DNA from: a bacterium
Lineage (GTDB): Bacteria > Acidobacteriota > Blastocatellia > HR10
Assembly (NCBI GenBank): GCA_041640655.1
Contig: JBEPZV010000069.1
Coordinates: 1 to 10,072 of the forward strand
Direction: 5' to 3'
DNA length: 10,072 nucleotides
A program made the translations under genes and the position numbers. The notes under the pieces were generated by a model. The model had not been told where the DNA came from and did not search any database. It saw only the letters and a program-made list of their open reading frames with translations. This document shows positions 1 through 7,077 of the stretch, piece by piece. Position 1 is the first letter of the stretch, and each line of letters begins with the position of its first letter.

Positions 1-2
1 TG

Positions 3-932
3 TTTCATGAGATCGTCGGGCAGAGCGCGGCCATTCAGCGAGTGCTCGAACAGATTCGCCTCGTCGCCATGTCCGATACGACGGTCCTCATCCGCGGGGA
101 GAGCGGGACGGGCAAGGAGTTGGTCGCCCGCGCCATTCACGCCAACAGCCCCCGCCGTTACATGCCGATCGTCGTCGTCAACTGCGGTGCTCTGGCCGAA
201 GGGGTGATCGAGAGTGAGCTGTTCGGCCATGAGAAGGGCGCCTTCACTGGCGCCCATTATCGGCGCAAGGGGAAATTCGAGCTGGCCGATGGGGGGACGC
301 TCTTTCTGGACGAGATCGGCGACATCAGCCCCAAGACGCAGGTGGATCTGCTGCGCGTGCTCGAGGAGAAGAAGATCTTTCGCGTCGGCGGCAATACGCC
401 GATCCCCGTGGACTTCCGTCTGATCGCGGCGACGAACAAAGACCTGGAAGCCCTGGTCGCCGAAGGGAGATTCCGCGAGGACCTGTATTATCGCATCAAC
501 GTCTTCTCCATCACCATCCCTCCGCTGCGCGAGCGGCGGGAGGACATCCCACTTCTGGCCGAGCATTTCCTCAAGAAGTTCGCGCAGAGCATGAACAAGC
601 CGATCCTCGGCATCTCGCCCGAAGCCCTGGCGCTGCTGGAGCACTACGACTGGCCAGGAAACGTGCGCGAGCTGCAAAATGCCATCGAGCGCGCGGTGCT
701 CGTCTGCCGCGGACGAGAGATCCGCCCCGAAGACCTGCCCCTGCAGGTGAACGAAGCGCGCGGACAGACGACGGGGAAGACGCTCGCCGAGGTCGAGCGG
801 CAGCACATCCAGCGGATCCTGCAGGAGACGAAGTGGAACATCTCACAGGCCGCCCGGTTGCTCGGCATTGATCGCGTGACGCTCTACAATAAGATTCGCA
901 AGTATCAGCTCAAACCCGACTCGCCGGTATGA
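3..932 (+). CDS. Sigma-54-dependent transcriptional activator (NtrC/AtoC/ZraR-type bEBP; AAA+ domain plus Fis-type HTH), 5'-truncated by the window edge
   Basis: The frame is open from position 3 (FHEIVGQSAAIQRVLEQ...), so the GTG at 42 is not the true start. Motifs: Walker A GESGTGKE, ESELFGHEKGAFTGA, Walker B LFLDEIG, FREDLYYRINV, sensor II WPGNVREL, and C-terminal HTH NISQAARLLGIDRVTLYNKIRKY. The N-terminal sensory/receiver domain lies outside the window. Confidence 0.96.
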   Translation, partial: FHEIVGQSAAIQRVLEQIRLVAMSDTTVLIRGESGTGKELVARAIHANSPRRYMPIVVVNCGALAEGVIESELFGHEKGAFTGAHYRRKGKFELADGGTLFLDEIGDISPKTQVDLLRVLEEKKIFRVGGNTPIPVDFRLIAATNKDLEALVAEGRFREDLYYRINVFSITIPPLRERREDIPLLAEHFLKKFAQSMNKPILGISPEALALLEHYDWPGNVRELQNAIERAVLVCRGREIRPEDLPLQVNEARGQTTGKTLAEVERQHIQRILQETKWNISQAARLLGIDRVTLYNKIRKYQLKPDSPV

Positions 933-944
933 CGAGGAGCGATC

Positions 945-1526
945 GTGTCGCGAGCGCTCATCGAACTGGTCCCGATCGGGAACGTGGACATGGATGTCCT
1001 CGATTTCCTCGCGCTCGTCTTGCCGGAGACGCTCCCCGTCTCCTGTCGCATTCGCAACCATCCGATCGAGTTGGACGCCGCCTATCACCCGCTCCGCCAG
1101 CAGTACCATTCCACGACGCTGCTCGCGCAACTGATCCGAGGGCATCGAGACCCCGCTGCGAAGGTGCTCGGCGTGACGGACGTGGACCTCTTCATCCCGA
1201 TTCTCACATTCGTCTTCGGGGAGGCGCAGCTTGGGGGAGCGGCGGCCGTGCTCTCGGTCCATCGGCTCGACCAACGCTTTTACGGCCTGCCGGAGGATCG
1301 CCGACTCCTTCTGGAGCGCTGCGAGAAAGAAGCGCTCCACGAGTTGGGACACACGTTCGGTCTCATCCACTGCTCGACCTTCGACTGCGTCATGCACTTC
1401 TCAAATTCCATCGAACATGTGGACATCAAATCGAACGCCTTCTGCCCCTCCTGTCGGCGCCTCCTCGAGGAGGCTCTCGCGCGACTCGCTCCCGAATCGA
1501 AGTCCCCGCGACGACCCTCGTCCTGA
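945..1526 (+). CDS. Archaemetzincin-family Zn-dependent metalloprotease (peptidase M54, AmzA-like)
   Basis: HELGHTFGLIHC-x4-CVM-x16-CPSC matches the archaemetzincin HExxHxxGxxH motif with Met-turn and Cys4 zinc site. The upstream 'RQQY', 'DVDLF' and 'FVFGEA' segments are typical of the family. GTG start with GAGGAG SD at 934-939, 12 nt after the regulator stop. No signal peptide. Confidence 0.92.
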   Translation: MSRALIELVPIGNVDMDVLDFLALVLPETLPVSCRIRNHPIELDAAYHPLRQQYHSTTLLAQLIRGHRDPAAKVLGVTDVDLFIPILTFVFGEAQLGGAAAVLSVHRLDQRFYGLPEDRRLLLERCEKEALHELGHTFGLIHCSTFDCVMHFSNSIEHVDIKSNAFCPSCRRLLEEALARLAPESKSPRRPSS

Positions 1527-1656
1527 GGGGGATCAGCGGGAATCTCAGCCACTTTCGATAAAGAGCGTGATCTTCGCCGAGGTCTCTTCCCGATTGATCA
1601 CGAGAATCCTCCCGTGCCCTCCCGAGCACCCCTCGCAAGCATGCGAACGATTCACC

Positions 1657-2475
1657 CTACGGGCGCGATCCCGGATAGACCTTCTGCAGCAACCGGTCCT
1701 TCACTTTCGTCCCCTGCTCGAAGGCGCGATCGGCCTTCGCCCGCACGGGCTCCAGGCGGAAGGCGTGCCACTCCCACTTCGCCTCTTGCAGGAGCTTTCG
1801 AGCCGCCTCCAAATCCCGCCGCTCATCGGCGATGGCGAGGTTCTTCCCCTCGGCCGCCTCCAGGAGGCGATCCGCCCAGATGATCACCCCGTTAGCCCGA
1901 CCCAGGCTCAGGAGCGTCTCCTGCGCGCTCTTGATGAGCTGCGGATTCGGCGGCATGATCCCTCCTTCAGCATTGTGGCAGCGGCCACAGAGCGAACTGA
2001 TGTCCGCAGCGCTTCGAACCGTCGCGTTCGCCATCTGCAGATGGCACGTGCTGCAGAATGGCCCCAGACCCGCCGCGCTGAGCTTCGCAAAGTGCGCGCT
2101 CGCCAGATAAGCGGTGCGCACTTCTTGATGGCACGCGCCGCAGGTCTCCGGCTGATGCTTCCCATGCACCCGACTCTGTGGATCGGAGGAGGCGCGCATC
2201 TCGTGATGTGCTTCCTGTGCCTCTCGCGCCCGAGGATTCCCCCCATGACAGACGTCGCAGGTGACCCCTCTCTCCTTATGGACCGAGAGATGCCAATCGT
2301 AATACCGCTGACTCAACTCCAGCGGCGCTGTGATCCGCTGATGACACGTCACGCACGAATTCTCCGCCTGCGCCCTCCCCTGAAAGGGGGATGCCTCTCC
2401 GAAGCGCGCTCCGAGAAGCGCCCCTCCAATACCCAGACCGAGGCCCAACACGAAGGCGCATGTTCGCCGCTTCAT
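1657..2475 (-). CDS. Secreted/periplasmic multiheme (pentaheme) c-type cytochrome with helical C-terminal domain
   Basis: Five CxxCH motifs (CVTCH aa41, CDVCH aa73, CGACH aa112, CSTCH aa141, CGRCH aa163). Extra His residues (SVH, AHH, SAH) are candidate distal ligands. Signal peptide MKRR plus hydrophobic stretch with AQA cleavage-like site. Strong SD GGAGGAGG upstream. Confidence 0.93.
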   Translation of the reverse strand: MKRRTCAFVLGLGLGIGGALLGARFGEASPFQGRAQAENSCVTCHQRITAPLELSQRYYDWHLSVHKERGVTCDVCHGGNPRAREAQEAHHEMRASSDPQSRVHGKHQPETCGACHQEVRTAYLASAHFAKLSAAGLGPFCSTCHLQMANATVRSAADISSLCGRCHNAEGGIMPPNPQLIKSAQETLLSLGRANGVIIWADRLLEAAEGKNLAIADERRDLEAARKLLQEAKWEWHAFRLEPVRAKADRAFEQGTKVKDRLLQKVYPGSRP

Positions 2476-2630
2476 GAGCGTTCCTCCTCCCTGCAGGCTC
2501 TCGATCGCCGTATCCGACGCGGAGTCCGTCTCGATGACGGCGGTCGCTGCCCCACGATTCCGAGGCTCGCGATGCGCCGAAGGCCACTCCCTTCACTGTC
2601 GCGCTTCTGCGGCCCACCGAGAGAGGACGT

Positions 2631-2647
2631 AGCAACCATTGTGCCGA
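2631..2647 (-). promoter_or_regulatory. Sigma-54 (RpoN) -24/-12 promoter for the cytochrome gene
   Basis: Minus strand reads TCGGCACAATGGTTGCT: GG-N10-GC spacing with GGCAC and TTGCT matching the TGGCAC-N5-TTGCW consensus. It points toward the cytochrome ATG about 155 nt downstream. Confidence 0.85.
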
Positions 2648-2762
2648 AAACCGCAGCGGATGCGTCCCCGAGCGATAAGGCCATGCTCTTCCTCGCCCGA
2701 GGGTTCAGAGAGCGTCGCCCCGGGACGAGAGGCGGAAGAACCGAGGGGACGCTCCTCGGAGA

Positions 2763-2796
2763 GGGGAAAATCCCGACGATGGGTTAAAATCCCCGC
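2763..2796. promoter_or_regulatory. Candidate tandem bEBP upstream activator sequences
   Basis: Direct repeat AAAATCCC at 2767-2774 and 2786-2793 (GGGGAAAATCCCGAC / GGTTAAAATCCCCGC), each a partial palindrome, about 120-150 bp upstream of the sigma-54 promoter. Confidence 0.45.
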
Positions 2797-2912
2797 CCGC
2801 TCGATCATCCGACGCACGCGCGCTCGACGGCCACCGCGCACCGCCGAAGGATCGGTCGGCGTCGGAATGGTCCGCGCTCATCCTGAACGAGAGGAGATCG
2901 AGCGCGCGACGG

Positions 2913-2942
2913 TTGACAACGGCGCCCGCCCTGTCCTACGCT
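2913..2942 (+). promoter_or_regulatory. Sigma-70-type promoter for the symporter gene
   Basis: TTGACA (2913-2918), 18 bp spacer, TACGCT (2937-2942). ATG follows at 2952. Confidence 0.65.
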
Positions 2943-2951
2943 GAGCGCTCC

Positions 2952-4382
2952 ATGAACACATATGTGCTTGTCGTGCTCGCTTATCTGGCTTTTCTGACGG
3001 GCGTCAGCCTTTATGCCTCGCGTGTCGTCAAGACGCAGACGGACTTCATGGTCGCCGGGCGCAAGCTGAGCGCGCCCGTACTGGTCGGCACGCTCTTAGC
3101 GACATGGATCGGCTCGGGCTCGATCATCGCGGGCGCGGGATTGGCCTATCGCGAAGGCTTCGCGGCGCTCTGGTTCGACGCCGGCGTTTGGGTCGCGCTC
3201 GGCCTGATCTATGTCATCGCCGGCCGCGCGCGCAAGCTCGAACAGTTGACGGTCCCTGACGTGCTGGAGCTGCGCTATAACCACTGGGCGCGCCTGTTGG
3301 GCACCCTCGTCACGATCATCGCGTACACAGTGATCGCCTCCTATCAATTCCGCGCCGGTGGATTGGTCTTGAACATCGTCGCCGGGCTCGATCCGAGCAC
3401 CGGCACCCTCATCACGTTCCTCTTCGTGACGGCCTTCACGGCGACGGCCGGATTGCTCTCGATCGCGTACACGGACATCTTCAACGGGCTTCTCATGCTC
3501 GGCGGCATCTTCTTCGCATATCCGTTCCTCATCGCGCGAGCGGGGGGATGGGATGGTGTGCGAGAGCGTCTGACCGCCCATTTCGGAGAAGCCGTCGCGG
3601 CCGAACGCCTGAGCCTCATGGGGCGTTTCACGGTAGCGGAGGCCCTCTCCTATGCCCTGCCCACGCTCCTTCTGATGCTCGGTCTGGCCAATATGTATCA
3701 ACGCTTCTTCTCGGCCCGCGATGAGCGCGCCGCTCGTCGGGCGGTCATCGGATGGATCATCGGGACCGTATGCATCGAGACGATGATCATCGTCCTGGCC
3801 GTCATCGGATCGAGCCTCTTCCCCGAGCTCGCCTCAGGTCGGAGCGAGCAGGTGCTCCTGTATGCTGCGCGCGAGGGACTGCCCGTGCTCGCCGGATGCG
3901 TCCTGCTGGCCGCCGCCGTCGCCATCATCGTCTCCACGGGCGACAGTTTCCTTCTGGTCCCGGCGACGAATATCGTTCGGGACATCTACCAACGCTTCAT
4001 CAATCCCCATGCGACCGAGCGGCAGATCGTCCTCTATTCGCGCGTGGCCGTCATCGGCCTCGGTCTCGCGGGCTACATCCTCATTCAGTTCTTCGAGACC
4101 GTGCTGCGCGCCGCCCTGTTCTCCTACACGATGTACGGTGTGGGGATCACCCCCGCGCTGCTGGCCGGCTTCCTGTGGAAGCGCGCGACGACGGCTGGTG
4201 GCCTCGCGTCCATCCTCGGGGGGATGCTCGTGACGCTTCTCTGGCACTTCGCCTCGCTCGCGGAAGCGACGGGGATTGAGACGATCTACCCGGCCCTGGC
4301 GGCTTCGCTCTTCGGTCTGATTGTGGGGAGCTTGCTCACCCCTCCTCCGCCTGAGGAGAAGTGGAGGCCCTTCTTCTCCTGA
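2952..4382 (+). CDS. Sodium:solute symporter family protein (SSS/SLC5, PutP-like); substrate not determinable
   Basis: Many hydrophobic TM segments and the family-like motifs DFMVAGRKL, ATWIGSGSIIAGAGLAY, QRFFSARDE and AIIVSTGDS. Start placed at ATG 2952 (MNTYVLVV...) because the track's TTG start at 2913 coincides with the TTGACA -35 box. Confidence 0.92.
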   Translation: MNTYVLVVLAYLAFLTGVSLYASRVVKTQTDFMVAGRKLSAPVLVGTLLATWIGSGSIIAGAGLAYREGFAALWFDAGVWVALGLIYVIAGRARKLEQLTVPDVLELRYNHWARLLGTLVTIIAYTVIASYQFRAGGLVLNIVAGLDPSTGTLITFLFVTAFTATAGLLSIAYTDIFNGLLMLGGIFFAYPFLIARAGGWDGVRERLTAHFGEAVAAERLSLMGRFTVAEALSYALPTLLLMLGLANMYQRFFSARDERAARRAVIGWIIGTVCIETMIIVLAVIGSSLFPELASGRSEQVLLYAAREGLPVLAGCVLLAAAVAIIVSTGDSFLLVPATNIVRDIYQRFINPHATERQIVLYSRVAVIGLGLAGYILIQFFETVLRAALFSYTMYGVGITPALLAGFLWKRATTAGGLASILGGMLVTLLWHFASLAEATGIETIYPALAASLFGLIVGSLLTPPPPEEKWRPFFS

Positions 4383-4403
4383 TCCCCCATGGGCTCCGCG
4401 ACG

Positions 4404-4414
4404 TGTGGTACAAT
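4404..4414 (+). promoter_or_regulatory. Extended -10 promoter upstream of the VWA gene
   Basis: TGTGGTACAAT matches TRTGnTAnAAT and lies in the 48-bp intergenic gap. ATG at 4431. Confidence 0.6.
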
Positions 4415-4430
4415 ACCTCAGTGACTGAAG

Positions 4431-5459
4431 ATGAAGCACGACGATCGGATCATCTTGAGCCTGATCCTCACGCTCCTGTGGGGCCGTCTCGCGCTCGTCT
4501 CGTCCGGGCAAGAGCCCACCCCGCCTCCTCCGCGCGCCACGCCGGAGCCCCAGGAGGCGACCCTCTCTCTGGAGAGCACGCTGGTGGATGTCATCTTCAC
4601 CGTCACGGATGCGCAGAACCGGCCGGTTACGGATCTGAAGCGCGAGGAGGTGCGCATCTTCGAAGATGGCGTGGAGCAGAAGATCGAATTCTTCGGACGA
4701 ACGCAGGAGTTGCCGATGCTCGTCGCCCTGGCGGTGGATTTCAGCGGGAGTCAGGAATTCACCTGGCCCCAGGAGCGGGCCGCGGCCGAGCGGTTCTTCG
4801 CTCAGTTCTTCCGCTGGGGGAAGGACTATGCCGCGCTTCTCACGTTTCGCGGCGTGACGCGCCTGCACTGCGGGTTGACGAGCGATGAGCGCCGACTGCG
4901 TGACGCGTTGCGCACGCTCGTCCGCGAGGATACCGGATATGCGAGCCAAGGGACAGCCCTCTACGATGCGGCCTATATCGCGCTCGACGAAGTCCTTGAC
5001 GGAGCGCTCGCCCAACGCGTGCTCCAGCGCCATGAGCACCGGATTCGACGCGCCCTCATCCTCATCACCGATGGCCACGACACGAGCAGCCGGTATTCTG
5101 AAGCGGACGCGATCGCGCGGGCTCAACGCTCGGGCATTTTGATCTACGCCATCGGCGTGAGCGATTCATTCCGCTTCGCTGATGTGAACGCGCGAACGCT
5201 CGACGCGCTGACCACGCTCACGGGCGGGCGCGCTTACTACCCCACGGATGAACGAACGCTCTTCGATGCCTTCCGGCAGATCGCCGAGGATCTGAGCAGT
5301 CAGTTCCTGCTCGCCTACTATCCGACGAATACCGCGCGCGATGGGGGCTTCCGTCGGCTCCAGGTCCAAATCCTCGGACGTCCGGGTGCGGTCGCGCGCC
5401 ACCGCGCGGGATACTTCGCCCCGAAGGCTGCCGAATCCGAAGGGAGGAGAGGACAATGA
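4431..5459 (+). CDS. Secreted VWA-domain protein (Acidobacterial VWFA-related type)
   Basis: Signal peptide and Pro-rich linker (QEPTPPPPRATPEP), then 'VDVIFTVTD..NRPVTDLKREEVRIFEDGVEQKI'. Intact MIDAS elements DFSGS, GTALYDA and LITDGHD, followed by TGGRAYY and C-terminal 'LAYYPTN..RDGGFRRLQV..RHRAGYFA'. Confidence 0.9.
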   Translation: MKHDDRIILSLILTLLWGRLALVSSGQEPTPPPPRATPEPQEATLSLESTLVDVIFTVTDAQNRPVTDLKREEVRIFEDGVEQKIEFFGRTQELPMLVALAVDFSGSQEFTWPQERAAAERFFAQFFRWGKDYAALLTFRGVTRLHCGLTSDERRLRDALRTLVREDTGYASQGTALYDAAYIALDEVLDGALAQRVLQRHEHRIRRALILITDGHDTSSRYSEADAIARAQRSGILIYAIGVSDSFRFADVNARTLDALTTLTGGRAYYPTDERTLFDAFRQIAEDLSSQFLLAYYPTNTARDGGFRRLQVQILGRPGAVARHRAGYFAPKAAESEGRRGQ

Positions 5460-7066
5460 GGTCACGACGATCTGCGATGAGCGCCGGCGTCTTGGGACTT
5501 CTCCTGCACGGCGCCGCTCTCGCTCAGGAGCGCAGCGACTTCGTCTTCCGGGCGACAGCCGCCACGTTCCCCCAAGATCGGAAAATCGAGCTGAAGCTGC
5601 GCGGGACGACCCGCTACAGCCGCACGACGGGCACGGCGACGGTCCAGTACAAGGATGGGATCGCACGGCTCACGATCACGGTGAGGGATCTCGATCCACC
5701 GAGCCACAAGCAGTACACGACCTACGTCTTCTGGGCCGTCACCCCGGAAGGTCTGGTGGAGAACATCGGGGAATTTCGTCCACGAAAGACGAGCATCCTG
5801 CGCATCTTCGCGCGCTCCTGGGGAGGGACGATCGAGACGGCGACGCGCCATCGCACATTCTGCGTGGTGATGACGGCCGAACCGCATTTTCTGGTCGAGG
5901 CCCCGAGTCGCGAGGTCGTGCTGGCGAGCTTACCCCCCGAGGAGAAGGAGGGGTTAGAGACGGAGCCCGTCGAGGTGCACTTTCGCGGCGATATTGGGGT
6001 GGAGAGCGTGCCCTGGCGCGAGGAGCGGGTGAGCACCGAGCGGGATCGGGAGATGCCCGTGGAGTTGCTGGAAGCGCGCCGAGCGCTGGACCTGGCCCGG
6101 TTCTTTCGCGTGAACGAATATGCCGATTCGGAGATGAAGCGGGCTGAAGCGCTGCTGGAGGACGCCGAACGCGCCTTCGAGCGGGGATTTGACGAGCGCG
6201 CGGCCATCTTGGCCCGGCGGGCGATCCTCATGTCGGAACTCGCGCGCCGGCTCGCCCGCGAACGGCGGGAGGCGGCCGAACAGCGGAAGCGCGAGATGGC
6301 GCTCGCCGATCTGGAGGATCAGGTGCGCGAGCTGCGCGAGGACCTGAAGCGCCTGACCTCGGAGCGTGAGCACCTGCACGAGCGCCTGCAGGAGCGAGAG
6401 CGCGAACTGGGCGATCTTCGGAACCGCCTGGACGCCACAACCGCTGCGCTCGCACAAGCGGAGCGACGCCTGGCCCAACAGGCGGAGTCAGAACGGCGAT
6501 ATCGGGAGGAGCTGGAACGGCTCGCCCGACAGCTCACCGAGGAACAAACGCGCGCAAGAGCCCTGACCGAGGAGCTGCGCCTCCTGCGACTGAGCAGCAT
6601 CTCCATCAACGAGCATCGCGCGAAGCTCGCCTTGGCACGTGTCGCCGAGACCCGCGACGAGGAGGACCGCTTCATCGTCGTGTTGCCGAACGCGGAACTC
6701 TTCATGCCGCAGCGACAGCTCGCCTCGGGCACGCCGCAACTGCGACGCGAAGTCCTCCCGAAGCTCGACTACATCGCGACGATTCTGGCGACCTTCCCGC
6801 TCGGAACGTACGTGATCGAAGGGCATGTGAGCGGATCGGCTCCGGCGGATCGCCTCAAAGCCCTCTCCGAAGTGAACGCCGCGGCCGTCGCCGCCTACCT
6901 CATGTCCAAGGGCGTGCCGAACGAACGCTTGAAGCCCGTGGGTCGGGGAGCCGAAGTCCCCGTGGAGCGAGGGAATACCCCTCAGGCGCAGCGCCGGAAC
7001 CAACGCGTCGAGATCGTCATCCTCCCCTCCTCAATGAGCGCGACGCCGGACCAGGGGAGGAGATGA
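5456..7066 (+). CDS. Secreted protein: N-terminal beta domain, DUF4398-like helical region, long coiled coil and C-terminal OmpA/MotB-like domain
   Basis: Signal peptide (…LLLHGAALA|QE), YVFWAVTPEG motif, and a Glu/Arg/Leu-rich heptad region at about 6230-6600. C-terminal OmpA-like pattern: IEGH..., AVAAYLMSKGV, GRGAEVPV, NQRVEIVI. The ATG overlaps the VWA stop (ATGA) and has SD GGAGGAG. Confidence 0.85.
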   Translation: MRSRRSAMSAGVLGLLLHGAALAQERSDFVFRATAATFPQDRKIELKLRGTTRYSRTTGTATVQYKDGIARLTITVRDLDPPSHKQYTTYVFWAVTPEGLVENIGEFRPRKTSILRIFARSWGGTIETATRHRTFCVVMTAEPHFLVEAPSREVVLASLPPEEKEGLETEPVEVHFRGDIGVESVPWREERVSTERDREMPVELLEARRALDLARFFRVNEYADSEMKRAEALLEDAERAFERGFDERAAILARRAILMSELARRLARERREAAEQRKREMALADLEDQVRELREDLKRLTSEREHLHERLQERERELGDLRNRLDATTAALAQAERRLAQQAESERRYREELERLARQLTEEQTRARALTEELRLLRLSSISINEHRAKLALARVAETRDEEDRFIVVLPNAELFMPQRQLASGTPQLRREVLPKLDYIATILATFPLGTYVIEGHVSGSAPADRLKALSEVNAAAVAAYLMSKGVPNERLKPVGRGAEVPVERGNTPQAQRRNQRVEIVILPSSMSATPDQGRR

Positions 7067-7077
7067 GTCCCGCGCAT

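Noticed and set aside
1531..1599. Hammerhead ribozyme or glycine riboswitch reading of the intergenic structure
   Set aside because: CTGAGA, GAAA and CGCCGA-like words are present but not in the required order or spacing. Its position between two 3' ends also does not fit a riboswitch.
1657..2475. Calling the pentaheme cytochrome nrfA or nrfB
   Set aside because: It has no CxxCK motif, is too short for NrfA, and has no nrfH or nrfCD context in the window.
2472..2684. 70-aa minus-strand ORF whose stop overlaps the cytochrome ATG (possible leader peptide)
   Set aside because: Its start lies upstream of the sigma-54 promoter and spans it, it has no clear SD, and its composition is not protein-like.
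1231..2787. 518-aa + strand ORF overlapping the archaemetzincin and antisense to the cytochrome
   Set aside because: Arg/Pro/Ser-rich with no recognisable motif. It is a typical shadow ORF in GC-rich DNA opposite a well-supported gene.
2741..2866. Short inverted repeats CCGAGG/CCTCGG (2741-2759) and TCCGACGC/GCGTCGGA (2808-2866)
   Set aside because: GC-rich arms of 6-8 bp are expected by chance. There is no U-tract, target-site duplication or transposase.
2952..4382. Assigning putP or panF to the symporter
   Set aside because: Family membership is clear, but neither the sequence nor the neighbouring genes identify the substrate.
3834..5126. 430-aa minus-strand ORF antisense to the symporter and VWA genes
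   Set aside because: No domain signature, and it fully overlaps two well-supported + strand genes.
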